Assembly (NCBI GenBank): GCA_048886185.1
Contig: JBHLKY010000010.1
Coordinates: 18,526-50,525, forward strand
DNA length: 32,000 nt
Reading direction: 5' to 3'
From: Candidatus Hermodarchaeota archaeon
GTDB taxonomy: Archaea > Asgardarchaeota > Heimdallarchaeia > Hodarchaeales > Hodarchaeaceae
Each line of letters opens with the position of its first letter. Positions within the stretch are counted from its first letter, which is position 1. Below the pieces are notes generated by a model. That model was not told where the DNA came from. It searched no databases and was given only the letters and a program-made list of their open reading frames with translations. Made by a program: the position numbers and the translations under genes. Below, in pieces: positions 1-9,735 of the stretch.

Positions 1-852
1 ACACCTATTAATGAAGACATGGTTATTACAACTAATATTGAGGATTATACTCCACAACGCGTTGTATCTGGTTTTCAGGGACACTATGTCGGTGGAGTGG
101 GAACACCTAAGGATATAATCTTGCGAAGCCCGCTGGGCTATCTGGAAGTTGCCTGTTTTGCGTCTGGATGCCTTTATCGATGCCCAACCTGTCAGAACTG
201 GCAGATTACTTATCTCTCTCGGTCAAGTCCATTATCACCAAGTGAGGCGGCTCAAAGACTCACATTTGAAAGAAAACGTTTTCAAGTAGACCGTATGGCT
301 ATAAGTGGAGGAGAATCAACCTTGAATCGTGAATGGCTCATTCAATTTGTTAAACAGCTAAAAGAACTTAATTTAGATGAACATGCAAGAATTCATGTAG
401 ATACCAATGCTGCAATTCTGACCCCTGATTACATTGACGAATTGATAGAAGCTGGTGTTACAGATATCGGTCCTGATTTGAAGGGGATTCATTTAGATAC
501 TTTTATGAAAATTACTAATCAAATAACTAAAAAATTAGCCAGAAAATATCTTAAGACGAGTTGGAATGCCGTGAAATACATTCTGGACAATTATGGTGAA
601 AGTGTTTTCATAGGTGTTGGTATTCCTTATAATAAAGCCTTCATGAGTTTAGATGAGATCTCTGAGATTGGATCAGCTCTTGTTAAATGGGATACTGATA
701 TTCAAGTTACAGTTCTAGATTACCGATCAGAGTTCAGATCTCATACTCTGTTAAGACCCACTTTAAGGGAGATGGAGGAGGTTAAATATACACTGGAAGA
801 ATCTGGTTTAAAAAAGGTTATTTGTCAGACTTCAAGTGGGTATATTTGGTAA
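1..852 (+). CDS. Radical SAM protein, PflA/pyruvate-formate-lyase-activase-like (COG1180-type); probably 5'-truncated by the window edge
   Basis: CxxxCxxC motif (GCLYRCPTC), GGE motif (ISGGES), and HVDTN. Frame 1 is open from base 1 with no stop before the ATG at 19, so the true start probably lies upstream. Confidence 0.85.
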   Translation, partial: TPINEDMVITTNIEDYTPQRVVSGFQGHYVGGVGTPKDIILRSPLGYLEVACFASGCLYRCPTCQNWQITYLSRSSPLSPSEAAQRLTFERKRFQVDRMAISGGESTLNREWLIQFVKQLKELNLDEHARIHVDTNAAILTPDYIDELIEAGVTDIGPDLKGIHLDTFMKITNQITKKLARKYLKTSWNAVKYILDNYGESVFIGVGIPYNKAFMSLDEISEIGSALVKWDTDIQVTVLDYRSEFRSHTLLRPTLREMEEVKYTLEESGLKKVICQTSSGYIW

Positions 853-946
853 TTCGATGACTTAACAAAACATAACAGAATATGAAACGTAGAATAATTC
901 ATAAGAAATAATTGTTGATACAGATAAAATGAGTGGTTGGTAACGA

Positions 947-1786
947 ATGATCTTGCAAGAAGTAACAATAAACTTTGAAACTGTACTTATAGCTCTTATC
1001 CTTACTGGTTTTGCTGGATTTGCTACAACTATAGGGGCAGCATTTGCGTTCATAACTGATAAACCCACTATTCGCCTCCTTGCGCTTGGTTTAGGTTTTT
1101 CTGGAGGAGTGATGTTAGCTGTATCATTTGTTGAACTACTACCTAGTGCTATTGAAGAATTCTCAAATGAAGGACTACTAGAGAGGGATGCTTTTTTTTG
1201 GGGTAACTTTTGGTTTTTTCTAGGAATTTTTACTATTTTTTTTATTGATATCCTCATCCCCCACCTCTACAAAGAAGAGGACGACAGCCATTCTGATGAC
1301 TTATTTGAGGGTGATCAATCTAAAATATCAACAAGTAATATTCGAAAATTAGGGATACTATCAGCTTTAGGTATTGCAGTACATAATTTTCCCGAAGGCT
1401 TAGTCACATTCACAAGTACTTTACAATCTGTTGAGTTGGGAGTCCTATTGGCGATTGCAGTAGGATTACATAATATACCAGAGGGATTATCGATTAGTAT
1501 TCCTATAGTTACAGCAACGGGTGATAAATGGCAGGCTTTTAAGCTCGGTTTACTTTCTGGTCTTGCAGAACCTGCGGGCGCCTTGGTTGCAGCTATTATT
1601 CTATTTCCATTCTTATCTCCTGGTGTTATTGGTGCAGCTTTAGCTTTTGTTGGAGGGATAATGGTTTTCATCTCGTTTGATGAATTATTGCCTGCTGCCA
1701 AAAATGCTGATGAGTCTCATTTTATTTCTTTTGGGATTATTGTTGGAATGATTATCATGGTTCTCACTCTCTGGTTATTTACATAA
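947..1786 (+). CDS. zupT: ZIP-family divalent metal (Zn/Fe/Mn) transporter, ZupT/GufA-like
   Basis: About 8 TM segments, paired metal-site motifs HNFPEG and HNIPEG, acidic/His loop (HLYKEEDDSHSDD), SGLAEP and DELLP motifs. Confidence 0.9.
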   Translation: MILQEVTINFETVLIALILTGFAGFATTIGAAFAFITDKPTIRLLALGLGFSGGVMLAVSFVELLPSAIEEFSNEGLLERDAFFWGNFWFFLGIFTIFFIDILIPHLYKEEDDSHSDDLFEGDQSKISTSNIRKLGILSALGIAVHNFPEGLVTFTSTLQSVELGVLLAIAVGLHNIPEGLSISIPIVTATGDKWQAFKLGLLSGLAEPAGALVAAIILFPFLSPGVIGAALAFVGGIMVFISFDELLPAAKNADESHFISFGIIVGMIIMVLTLWLFT

Positions 1787-1798
1787 TTTTCTTTAGGG

Positions 1799-2734
1799 AT
1801 GCCACAAACCATGTCACTCTTACTAAATAACTTCATTATCTTAATTATCATGACAATTTACGGATTGGTAAGTGGTGGATCAGCAATCATTCTTAAGATT
1901 GGAATTTTTCGTGCTGGAGGGATTAAGATTGATAATTTTATCAGAGACATCGGACCAGCAGCTTGGCACTTATTAACTACCCCTGTTTGGCTTTTAGGTG
2001 GTATTGCTGCGCTTATTGGATTTGTGATATATACTGTGGCCTTGAATGCCTATGATGTGTCCGTTGTTAAACCATTGGTTAATACTAATCTGTTATTCAC
2101 ATTTATTTTTGCTTATTTCATCTTTAAAGAAAAATTAACAAATATAGAATGGCTAGGTGTTTGTATCTTAATAGCTGGTATACTTATGATTGCTTTCTCC
2201 CCCTTTGTTGAATCTTCAGAAGCGATGGATATTCCATTACTATTAGCTTTTTTTCCCGTTGTTTTAATCTTGATGGTCATGATGATTTTTATCATGTTTA
2301 TATCAAAATCAGGCACAGCTGAGCTTGTTTTTCCTGTGTTTGCAGGAACTTTTTATGGGTTGGGAACCTTTTTTACTAAAAGCTTTTTAATATCTTTAGG
2401 AGAGCTTTATAACGGTGACCTTCTATCTTTCTGGATGTTTTTATACTCTATTTCCATGTTGCTGTTGACCTACGCTTTTGCAACCATCGCTCAAATGTTA
2501 GCTTTTGAAGGTGGAAGATTATCTATTGTTTCTCCTATCACAAATGCCTTATCAGTGATTGTGGCGTTTATTGGTGCTTATTTTGTCTTTTATGAGGATC
2601 TGATTATCCCAATAGGAGGTCAAATACTTTTCCAATCTTTTTACAAAATACTTGGATTAATTTGTATTTTAATAGCCCTTTTTATCCTTCGAAGGGAAGT
2701 AAATCCTTTAAAACACTCTGAAAATTTATCTTAA
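1799..2734 (+). CDS. DMT/EamA-superfamily membrane transporter, possibly NIPA-like; start may be the ATG at 1811
   Basis: About 9-10 TM segments; DMT-type repeats (ALNAYDVSVVKPL...FAYFIFKEKL; LAFEGGRLSIVSPI). Starts 12 bp after the ZIP gene, suggesting an operon. Confidence 0.7.
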   Translation: MPQTMSLLLNNFIILIIMTIYGLVSGGSAIILKIGIFRAGGIKIDNFIRDIGPAAWHLLTTPVWLLGGIAALIGFVIYTVALNAYDVSVVKPLVNTNLLFTFIFAYFIFKEKLTNIEWLGVCILIAGILMIAFSPFVESSEAMDIPLLLAFFPVVLILMVMMIFIMFISKSGTAELVFPVFAGTFYGLGTFFTKSFLISLGELYNGDLLSFWMFLYSISMLLLTYAFATIAQMLAFEGGRLSIVSPITNALSVIVAFIGAYFVFYEDLIIPIGGQILFQSFYKILGLICILIALFILRREVNPLKHSENLS

Positions 2735-2758
2735 TTTTTTAATTTTCAAGAGAACAGT

Positions 2759-3685
2759 TCATCCTTCTTGAGAATTGTTTTTCGCTTGACTGACCTGGAT
2801 TATTAGGGTACTAATAACAATCAAAACTAATCCAATCCATTCTTTTAGTATAGGCGTTTCCCCAAGAAAAATAATTGAAAGAACTACAATCTGTGGAAGC
2901 ATAGTGCTGTTAATGATAGTCATATCCATTGCTCTTAGCTTCTGCATTGCTTTATGCCACAGAGTAAAGGCAAAAGCTGTATTTAAGAGAGCTAACCAGA
3001 TGATATAAAATATTGAAAGTGTTGAGAGAGAAAACACAATTTGAATCCCCTCAATTGTTATACCGAAAACTAACAAGATGATTGATCCTATAATCATGCT
3101 TGTTCCTGTTACAACTAATGGTGGAGTATCTTTTGTACGATTGATCGATCTTCCTAGGATTGAGGAAAAACCGTTTGCTAAAATCAAAATTAAAGCAACT
3201 ATTAATCCAAGAAATCCGAGTGAAAGGTCTATAGGGTAGAAATAAAAGATTACTCCAAGTAAAGCAGTTAAAAAGAAAAAAACCTGGAATAAAGATGGGA
3301 TTTCTCTTAATAATCCAATTGAGAGGAAAATTACTATGTATGGTGTAAGATTCAATATAAAGGAAACAGTAATAGCTGGAAGGAGGTCTAGAGCGATGAA
3401 TTGACCTCCCTGTGTAATCGCAATAAATAGAATGCCATATATTACAATGGAGAACCACCAATGCTTCGATTGAGTCATTAATAAATTCCGATGATCGCTA
3501 TTAGAAAGAATCAATGTTAACAAAATTATTGCACTTAGTAAATATCGTAATCCTGCAAAAATTAAAGGTGGAATTTCCTCAAGACCGAATTTTATGATCA
3601 CCCATGAGGAACTCCAAAGTACAGTCACAAAAAGAGCTTGAATCACAGTAAAAAGATGTTCTTTAGAGAAATATTCTGACAACAT
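2759..3685 (-). CDS. EamA/DMT-family transporter
   Basis: Typical EamA start (LFVTVLWSSSWVIIKFGLEEIPPLIFAGLRY), two EamA halves, C-terminal IIFLGETP...WIGLVLI. Confidence 0.9.
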   Translation of the reverse strand: MLSEYFSKEHLFTVIQALFVTVLWSSSWVIIKFGLEEIPPLIFAGLRYLLSAIILLTLILSNSDHRNLLMTQSKHWWFSIVIYGILFIAITQGGQFIALDLLPAITVSFILNLTPYIVIFLSIGLLREIPSLFQVFFFLTALLGVIFYFYPIDLSLGFLGLIVALILILANGFSSILGRSINRTKDTPPLVVTGTSMIIGSIILLVFGITIEGIQIVFSLSTLSIFYIIWLALLNTAFAFTLWHKAMQKLRAMDMTIINSTMLPQIVVLSIIFLGETPILKEWIGLVLIVISTLIIQVSQAKNNSQEG

Positions 3686-3794
3686 TTTGCATCATACTCA
3701 TTCTTTATGTATGAACCTTATCAAGCGCATTAAAATCATATTATTGAAACAAGAAAAAAACAACAACTTATTCAGATTAAGATATCTACGTCAA

Positions 3795-4463
3795 ATGACG
3801 GATGTATTTAATATGATCCAAACTTATCTTCAAATTAGTTCCAAAGATTATTATCTGTGTGAGTTAACTAAAAAAATACCTGTAAAAGTAACTATTGTTA
3901 CTATCAGGTTACCCGAGGGTTACGGCCTTATTGAGGCTCTTAGGGGAGGCGAAAAAAACATCCAATTATATGTTCAGAGTATAAAAGCTTCAAAAAGTGT
4001 AGTCGAATTTGAAGTGACCTACTCCTCTCCAAGTCTTTATTGGACACGTTCAATTCATAACCTCGATTTCCCTTCTATCTATGAAACCATCTTGGAAAGT
4101 GGTAGTATGTCACTTCTCCCCATCATTATTGTGAATGGAATTCAATATCATAATGTCTATTCTCCTTCTCGTGAAGCACTAAAAAAGTTATTAGAAATAC
4201 TAAAGTCACGATTCACAACAGTAAAAATAGTATCATTAAGTTCAACACCTTTAAGGCCTGATGTAGGTCTTCTTACAGCTAAACAACTGGAAGCTTTCAA
4301 ACTTGCTTACAATAAGGGTTACTATGAAATTCCCAGACGATCAAAGGTAAATATCGAGACCCTAGCACAACACATTAGCATTAAACGAGTTGCTATGCAA
4401 GAAAGACTGAGACGTGCTGAATCGCGGATAATAACAGATTATGCACGTAAAATCATGCTTTAA
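3795..4463 (+). CDS. Transcriptional regulator with C-terminal bacterio-opsin-activator-type HTH (HTH_10)
   Basis: C-terminus LTAKQLEAFKLAYNKGYYEIPRR...LAQHISI...ERLRRAE fits the HTH_10 pattern. The ORF-track start at 3687 abuts the divergent gene's start, so the in-frame ATG at 3795 or 3813 is more plausible. Confidence 0.8.
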   Translation: MTDVFNMIQTYLQISSKDYYLCELTKKIPVKVTIVTIRLPEGYGLIEALRGGEKNIQLYVQSIKASKSVVEFEVTYSSPSLYWTRSIHNLDFPSIYETILESGSMSLLPIIIVNGIQYHNVYSPSREALKKLLEILKSRFTTVKIVSLSSTPLRPDVGLLTAKQLEAFKLAYNKGYYEIPRRSKVNIETLAQHISIKRVAMQERLRRAESRIITDYARKIML

Positions 4464-4709
4464 AGAAATTAACTGCTTTTACATAAAAATTTAGTTCTAG
4501 AATTAGCTTTCTTTAAATGAAGAGGTAAATTAGAAATTGTTTTCTTAAATCAAATTTCTAAGTAGGAGTCAAAACTTGAATGTGACCATTCTATACGATT
4601 AAATCTTCGTTATGGATAATATAAAAGCGTTTGGTGGATTGTTTTGTTTTGAATGAGTATTTTTCTCATCAAAGCATAGAGATTGGAGAATCGATTCCAC
4701 TATCGTAGG

Positions 4710-4720
4710 TTATATAAAAA
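4710..4720 (+). promoter_or_regulatory. TATA-box candidate for the gene at 4771
   Basis: TTATATAAAAA about 55 nt upstream of the ATG; SD-like GAGG at 4756-4759; perfect 10-bp palindrome GAATCGATTC at 4688-4697 just upstream. Confidence 0.5.
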
Positions 4721-4770
4721 CACCTTAACTCCCAAAATATAGATAGCTTAATACTAGAGGAAATATACAT

Positions 4771-5937
4771 ATGTCTAAATACTGTTCCAAATGTGGAGCG
4801 AGGATCACAGAGGATTCGATTTTCTGTGAATATTGTGGAAACAAGTTAAAAGGTCAAATATCATCTTATATGAATGATACTCCTTTTCCAAAAGAATCCA
4901 CAGGAAAACCTACTTTTAGTGCAACCAGTCGAACAACACCACCACCACCCAGTTACATTAGCCATTATAGACCTTATCGTAGATCTTCTTCTTCACAAGG
5001 AATAAAGTGGATTTTTATTGGAATTTTCTTTATTCTTCTTATTGGTTTTGCAGCCATAGTCTTCTTCGGACTTATAGTTCTCCCATTTCCATTTAACCAG
5101 ATGATGAATCAACATGATTATATTGGTGATAAAACATTTTCTATTGATAAACTGGTAAATGGTTCATTAAACGTGGACTTAGAGGTATATAATTCCTTAG
5201 GATCAGTGAATATTGAGATTGCAGACATATCAAATTTGTTTGAGGCTCAAATTTCGGTATACGCACGAGAAGGACACCGTCTTCGAGATGCAAACAACTT
5301 TGAAAAGGATTCATTTGAGGACCGTCAATTTATCTTCTTTAATTCGAATTCAGGATCTGATTGGGAAAATCCATATATGTATGATTTAGAAATAACGATT
5401 TCCAATCAAGCAACTATAGCCCTTAATATTGAAGTTTCTACTGGAACTATTTCTATAGTTGTTCAGAACACTACGATTTCATCTCTATTTTTGGAAACAA
5501 GTACTGGAAATATAAATGCTGAATTCAAAGAAGTATTTTTTAATGCATCTGATTCTTATTTTCTCCATACTTCAACGGGGTCAATAACAACAACATTCAA
5601 TAATGTGAATTATTCTTCAAATGAGGTGGAATGGATATTAGATACTTCAACTGGTTCTATTGATCTAAATCTTATTCAAGAATTAGTCATTGAAAATACA
5701 CTTGTTCATTTTGATGTTGGCGCATCTACAGGAAAAATAGATTTCTATCACCTAGTTAATGTAACGATCGGCATTCAAATATACGCTGATGTGTCAACAG
5801 GGTCAATCTCAACGCCAAGTTATTCCACAGATGATGAATATAACTATAAAAGTGAAAATTACAACAATGCTCCAATGAAATTCGATATATCAATGCAAAC
5901 ATCAACAGGAAGCATAAATATCCTTTCATCCCTCTAG
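4771..5937 (+). CDS. Zinc-ribbon + single TM + extracellular beta-repeat (DUF4097/adhesin-like) membrane protein
   Basis: N-terminal CSKCG...CEYCG ribbon, Pro/Ser-rich linker, one long hydrophobic segment, then seven xSTGxI repeats. Confidence 0.75.
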   Translation: MSKYCSKCGARITEDSIFCEYCGNKLKGQISSYMNDTPFPKESTGKPTFSATSRTTPPPPSYISHYRPYRRSSSSQGIKWIFIGIFFILLIGFAAIVFFGLIVLPFPFNQMMNQHDYIGDKTFSIDKLVNGSLNVDLEVYNSLGSVNIEIADISNLFEAQISVYAREGHRLRDANNFEKDSFEDRQFIFFNSNSGSDWENPYMYDLEITISNQATIALNIEVSTGTISIVVQNTTISSLFLETSTGNINAEFKEVFFNASDSYFLHTSTGSITTTFNNVNYSSNEVEWILDTSTGSIDLNLIQELVIENTLVHFDVGASTGKIDFYHLVNVTIGIQIYADVSTGSISTPSYSTDDEYNYKSENYNNAPMKFDISMQTSTGSINILSSL

Positions 5938-5943
5938 TTCGAA

Positions 5944-5970
5944 CCCTTTTCTTCTTCTTTTTTCTTTCTT
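5944..5970 (+). terminator. Oligo-T/pyrimidine-rich archaeal terminator candidate
   Basis: CCCTTTTCTTCTTCTTTTTTCTTTCTT begins 7 nt after the stop codon. Confidence 0.6.
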
Positions 5971-6098
5971 CAAGTTTAATTATCCAAAATTTCTGGTTTT
6001 TTACCTTAGAAATCATTTTTAGAGTCAATATAACAAGAAGTTCAATACTGAATCAACATAGATCTGAAGAAAATAATTCACGGAAGAAGGTAAAAATC

Positions 6099-6974
6099 AT
6101 GTCAATTGCGCAGAATGTGTTTGACGATCCTTTAGTTCAATTTACAGTGTATGTTGTAGTAGTTTTAATCATTGTTGCATTTTTATGGTTCCTATGGGGT
6201 TTTTTACTAAGTCGAATTAAGAATAGAATTTCCCCAGAACTTTATAATGCACTGAGGACTCTTGGCCGTGCAACTATTCTAATATTGGGCCTTTTTTGGA
6301 TCGTAGGGGAAGAACTGTTCATTGGTGCTGCAGCTCTTTTAGGAACAGCAATTGGCTTTGCTTCATCGACAACTCTTGGGAATTTTCTTAGCGGTTTATA
6401 TCTTCTTGTTACTAATCCATTTAGTGTTGGTGATTATATAATGCTCCCATCATTCGAGATTGAAGGGATTGTTGAGGAAATTTCTATAAACTACACCAAG
6501 ATACTAACGCCCAAAGGAATTCATGTGAGTATCTCTAATCAGAATATGTTAGGTACGATTATTTACAATACTAGCATAAATGTTCCTAATGAAGCCATTG
6601 AGAAAGGAAAGATCACATGGCGAGACTATGAAGGTGACAAATTCGACAACATTGGAGACGTTGTGGACATTTTAAGGGGAATCCGTACCAAATATGCTGA
6701 TAAAGAAAAAGAGTACTTTCTCTATCCTCTCGTTTATAATGTTAATCCGGATAAGTATAACCATACTCTTACAAAGAAAGTGTTTGATGAAGCTGCTCAA
6801 AAATTCAATGCAAAAACTACAGAACAAATTACATGGTTCGTAAATGATAGAACATATAATCAATCAACCTATCAACTGAATTTAATTGTAGAAAATCCTT
6901 ATGTTATTTTTGATCTATCGAGTGATATATTGGGATATTTGGAAGAAAAACTTGAAAAAATACATGAAACATAA
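6099..6974 (+). CDS. mscS: Small-conductance mechanosensitive channel (MscS family)
   Basis: About 3 TM helices, GFASSTTLGNFLSGLYLL, PFSVGDYI, and GIVEEISINYTKI are characteristic of MscS. Confidence 0.85.
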   Translation: MSIAQNVFDDPLVQFTVYVVVVLIIVAFLWFLWGFLLSRIKNRISPELYNALRTLGRATILILGLFWIVGEELFIGAAALLGTAIGFASSTTLGNFLSGLYLLVTNPFSVGDYIMLPSFEIEGIVEEISINYTKILTPKGIHVSISNQNMLGTIIYNTSINVPNEAIEKGKITWRDYEGDKFDNIGDVVDILRGIRTKYADKEKEYFLYPLVYNVNPDKYNHTLTKKVFDEAAQKFNAKTTEQITWFVNDRTYNQSTYQLNLIVENPYVIFDLSSDILGYLEEKLEKIHET

Positions 6975-7019
6975 ACATTAGAGTTATCAAGGGACCATTG
7001 AAGACTAACTCGCTAGACT

Positions 7020-7787
7020 GTGATAATTATGTATGAATCAGCAATCTCTATCCTATTTTATGGGACATTAGCAGGTTTGGCTACTCTTATTGGGATCTAT
7101 GTGATGGAAAAAAACCAAGATTGGGCCCTCAAAAACTCTCACTATATTAACTCTTTTGCGGCAGGGTTGATTCTTTCTCTAGTAATTTTTCATTTGATCC
7201 CAGAAGCTGTTGAGCTCTCTAATTTAGCATCCTACCCCGCTCTTTTCGCTGGATTTTTCATGTTTTATTTACTAGAAAATTTCATTGTGATCCACTCGGG
7301 AAGTGAAATCCATTATTGCCTTGATGAAGATGATCAAAAGCAATCAAATCATCATTATGCTTCTCGATTAGGCTTGATGGCATTTTCTGGCCTAGCATTT
7401 CATTCCTTAATCGATGGAATAATAATAGGTTTAGGATTTGAATTGAGTGCTGAAATTGGATTTTTAGCTGCTATTGCAGTGATTATGCATGAAGTTCCTG
7501 AAGGTGTCACCTCCTTTGCCCTCATTAATCGATCAATGCCTAGTCAGTCAAAACTCTTGTCTGTGATTGTGGCTGTTGCAACACCCGCTGGGGCGTTGTT
7601 TTCATTAATATTTATAGGAAATTTGACTGAGGTTTTAATAGGAATCCTCCTTGCTCTGGCTGCTGGTACATTCATATATGTAGCAGCCTCAGATCTAATA
7701 CCTGAAACCCATTCGGCTAATAACCTGCAAAATTTGATAGCATTCTTGTTCGGAGCGATTTTTATATTTGGTATCTCGCTCTTTTAA
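7020..7787 (+). CDS. Second ZIP-family metal transporter; start may be the ATG at 7029
   Basis: HSLIDG and HEVPEG metal motifs, His/Cys loop (IHSGSEIHYC...NHHY), GTFIYVAASDLIPE. Confidence 0.88.
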   Translation: MIIMYESAISILFYGTLAGLATLIGIYVMEKNQDWALKNSHYINSFAAGLILSLVIFHLIPEAVELSNLASYPALFAGFFMFYLLENFIVIHSGSEIHYCLDEDDQKQSNHHYASRLGLMAFSGLAFHSLIDGIIIGLGFELSAEIGFLAAIAVIMHEVPEGVTSFALINRSMPSQSKLLSVIVAVATPAGALFSLIFIGNLTEVLIGILLALAAGTFIYVAASDLIPETHSANNLQNLIAFLFGAIFIFGISLF

Positions 7788-7921
7788 CTTGATTTGTCTT
7801 GGCAAACTCAACCAAAAAGTTTATGGCTAGGTTCATTAGGTTAAAAACAGATTCTACTACAAGTATTTTGTAAGAAAACTTCAATTTAATACTTTATAGA
7901 GGTTAATAAAGAGGTTCACCG

Positions 7922-9730
7922 TTGCATGTGCTGAAACATTTATTCTATTATGTTTTGCAGCGAAAAAAACTAGCCTTATCAGTTATAATATTCATTTTCA
8001 TTGCACAAATCGCTGAGCTAACCATTCCTTTATTGGTGGGCTTGACAATTGATCAGATTCTTGAATCAGTAACTACGGGAAGTTTTGAAATCTCGATTGT
8101 TCTAGCAGGTGTTATTCTAATTATAGTTGCGAGTTTTGTTAGGGCATTAAGTCACTTCTTAGGTAGGTGGATAGGTTATCTTCAAGGTGAAAAAATTATT
8201 TATGACATTAGAAAAGAGCTGTTTAATAAATATGAAACTTCCAGCCTCGCTTTTTTCGACGAGCATCATACAGGGGATCTCATGGCTCGAGCAACGACTG
8301 ACCTTGAGCCAATATCCGAATTTTTGGTTTGGGGTGAGCGTATTCTCCTTCAGGCCTTCTTGACGTTCACAGGAATATATCTAGTTTTATACATGATTGA
8401 CATCCGTTTGTTCATTTTGATAGGTTTTGTCTCTCCCATTTTGTTTATTCTCTCCTATATTGTATCAACAAAACTCGGTCCTCTTTATTTTGATATAAGG
8501 GAACAATATGGTAAATTAACTACAGTAATTCAAGAAAACATTTCTGGAATACAGATCGTTAAAGCATTCAATGCTGAAGAGGCTGAAAGAAGTAAATTTG
8601 ATAAGGAAAATTACTCTTATTTTAATTTACGAGCCTTCGCATTCAAGATTCGGTCAATATTTCTACCAATGATACTCTTTGTTGTGAATTTGTTAATTAC
8701 AATACTAATTTTCGCAGGTGGGTATCTAGTAATACAAGGTGAGATTAGTCCTGGATTATTGATCACTCTATTTACTTATTTCACAATGCTAGCAATGCCC
8801 ACTAGATTCCTCGCTTTTTCACTTATTATGTATCAAAGGGTATCCGCTGCAGGAGATAGAGTTTTCAAGTTATTAGAGTCTCCAACTCATCTCCCAGATG
8901 TTTCAGAGGTGAAAATAATCCCAGATATAGCTCCAACAATTATTTTCGACAATATCTCCTTCTCTTATGACAAAAAAAAGGTTATATCGGGGATTTCGTT
9001 AACTATCAATCCTGGAGAGAAAGTAGCAATCCTTGGCCCAACTGGATCAGGAAAAAGCACTCTCATTTCGCTGATCCCGCGTTTTTATGATCCGAGTGAA
9101 GGTAAAATTATGATTCAAACTGATCAACAATCATTATATGATTTAAGTGATTTGGATCTCAAGGCTTGGAGGCAGAAAGTGGGTTTTGTGCACCAAGAAC
9201 CATTCCTATTTGGACGCACTATTGCTGAAAATATAGCGTTTGGAATCTCTGAAGTAACGATGGAACAGATTAACGAAGTTGTCAACATTACTCAGCTCAC
9301 TGATTTCATCAAAAATCTTCCTGAGGGCTTAAACACAACTGTTGGAGAGCGAGGAGTCACGCTCTCAGGTGGCCAAAAACAACGAGTGGCTATTGCCCGG
9401 ATGTTATTGAGAAAATGTCCCATTATGATATTGGATGATGCAACATCAGCTTTAGATATCTCTACGGAAGCAACTTTTCAAAATGCTTTCGATACTTTCT
9501 TGAAAAAGTCAAAAACTAAACACACTGTTATCTTTATTACTCAAAGACTTAGTACGTTAAGAATGGTAAATCGAATTCTCATTTTAAACAGGGGAGAAAT
9601 TATTGAGCAAGGAACTCACAAAGAACTCTTAGAAAAAGGTCAGATTTATCCTCTTCTTTGGCAAACTCAGGAAGCGGGCATGGTCGATATCAAAATTGCC
9701 TTAGAAAAAATCATTCAGGAACGGAGTTGA
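7922..9730 (+). CDS. ABC exporter half-transporter (TMD+NBD), TM287-like subunit with degenerate catalytic residues
   Basis: TMD with TGDLMAR; Walker A GPTGSGKS; LSGGQ signature; Walker B ILDD (not DE); switch TQRL (Q for H). TTG start with GAGGT at 7911-7915. Confidence 0.92.
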   Translation: MHVLKHLFYYVLQRKKLALSVIIFIFIAQIAELTIPLLVGLTIDQILESVTTGSFEISIVLAGVILIIVASFVRALSHFLGRWIGYLQGEKIIYDIRKELFNKYETSSLAFFDEHHTGDLMARATTDLEPISEFLVWGERILLQAFLTFTGIYLVLYMIDIRLFILIGFVSPILFILSYIVSTKLGPLYFDIREQYGKLTTVIQENISGIQIVKAFNAEEAERSKFDKENYSYFNLRAFAFKIRSIFLPMILFVVNLLITILIFAGGYLVIQGEISPGLLITLFTYFTMLAMPTRFLAFSLIMYQRVSAAGDRVFKLLESPTHLPDVSEVKIIPDIAPTIIFDNISFSYDKKKVISGISLTINPGEKVAILGPTGSGKSTLISLIPRFYDPSEGKIMIQTDQQSLYDLSDLDLKAWRQKVGFVHQEPFLFGRTIAENIAFGISEVTMEQINEVVNITQLTDFIKNLPEGLNTTVGERGVTLSGGQKQRVAIARMLLRKCPIMILDDATSALDISTEATFQNAFDTFLKKSKTKHTVIFITQRLSTLRMVNRILILNRGEIIEQGTHKELLEKGQIYPLLWQTQEAGMVDIKIALEKIIQERS

Positions 9731-9735
9731 GATAA

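Noticed and set aside
3687-3794. ORF-track start of the HTH regulator at 3687
   Set aside because: It would leave 1 bp between divergent genes, with no room for promoters; ATG 3795 or 3813 is preferred.
4530-4561. 9-bp inverted repeat TTAGAAATT / AATTTCTAA
   Set aside because: It is almost all A/T in an AT-rich spacer and plausible by chance; there is no transposase or target duplication to suggest a MITE.
5936-5947. GTTCGAACC resembling a tRNA T-loop
   Set aside because: No pairing T-stem, acceptor stem or anticodon arm; it overlaps the stop codon and terminator.
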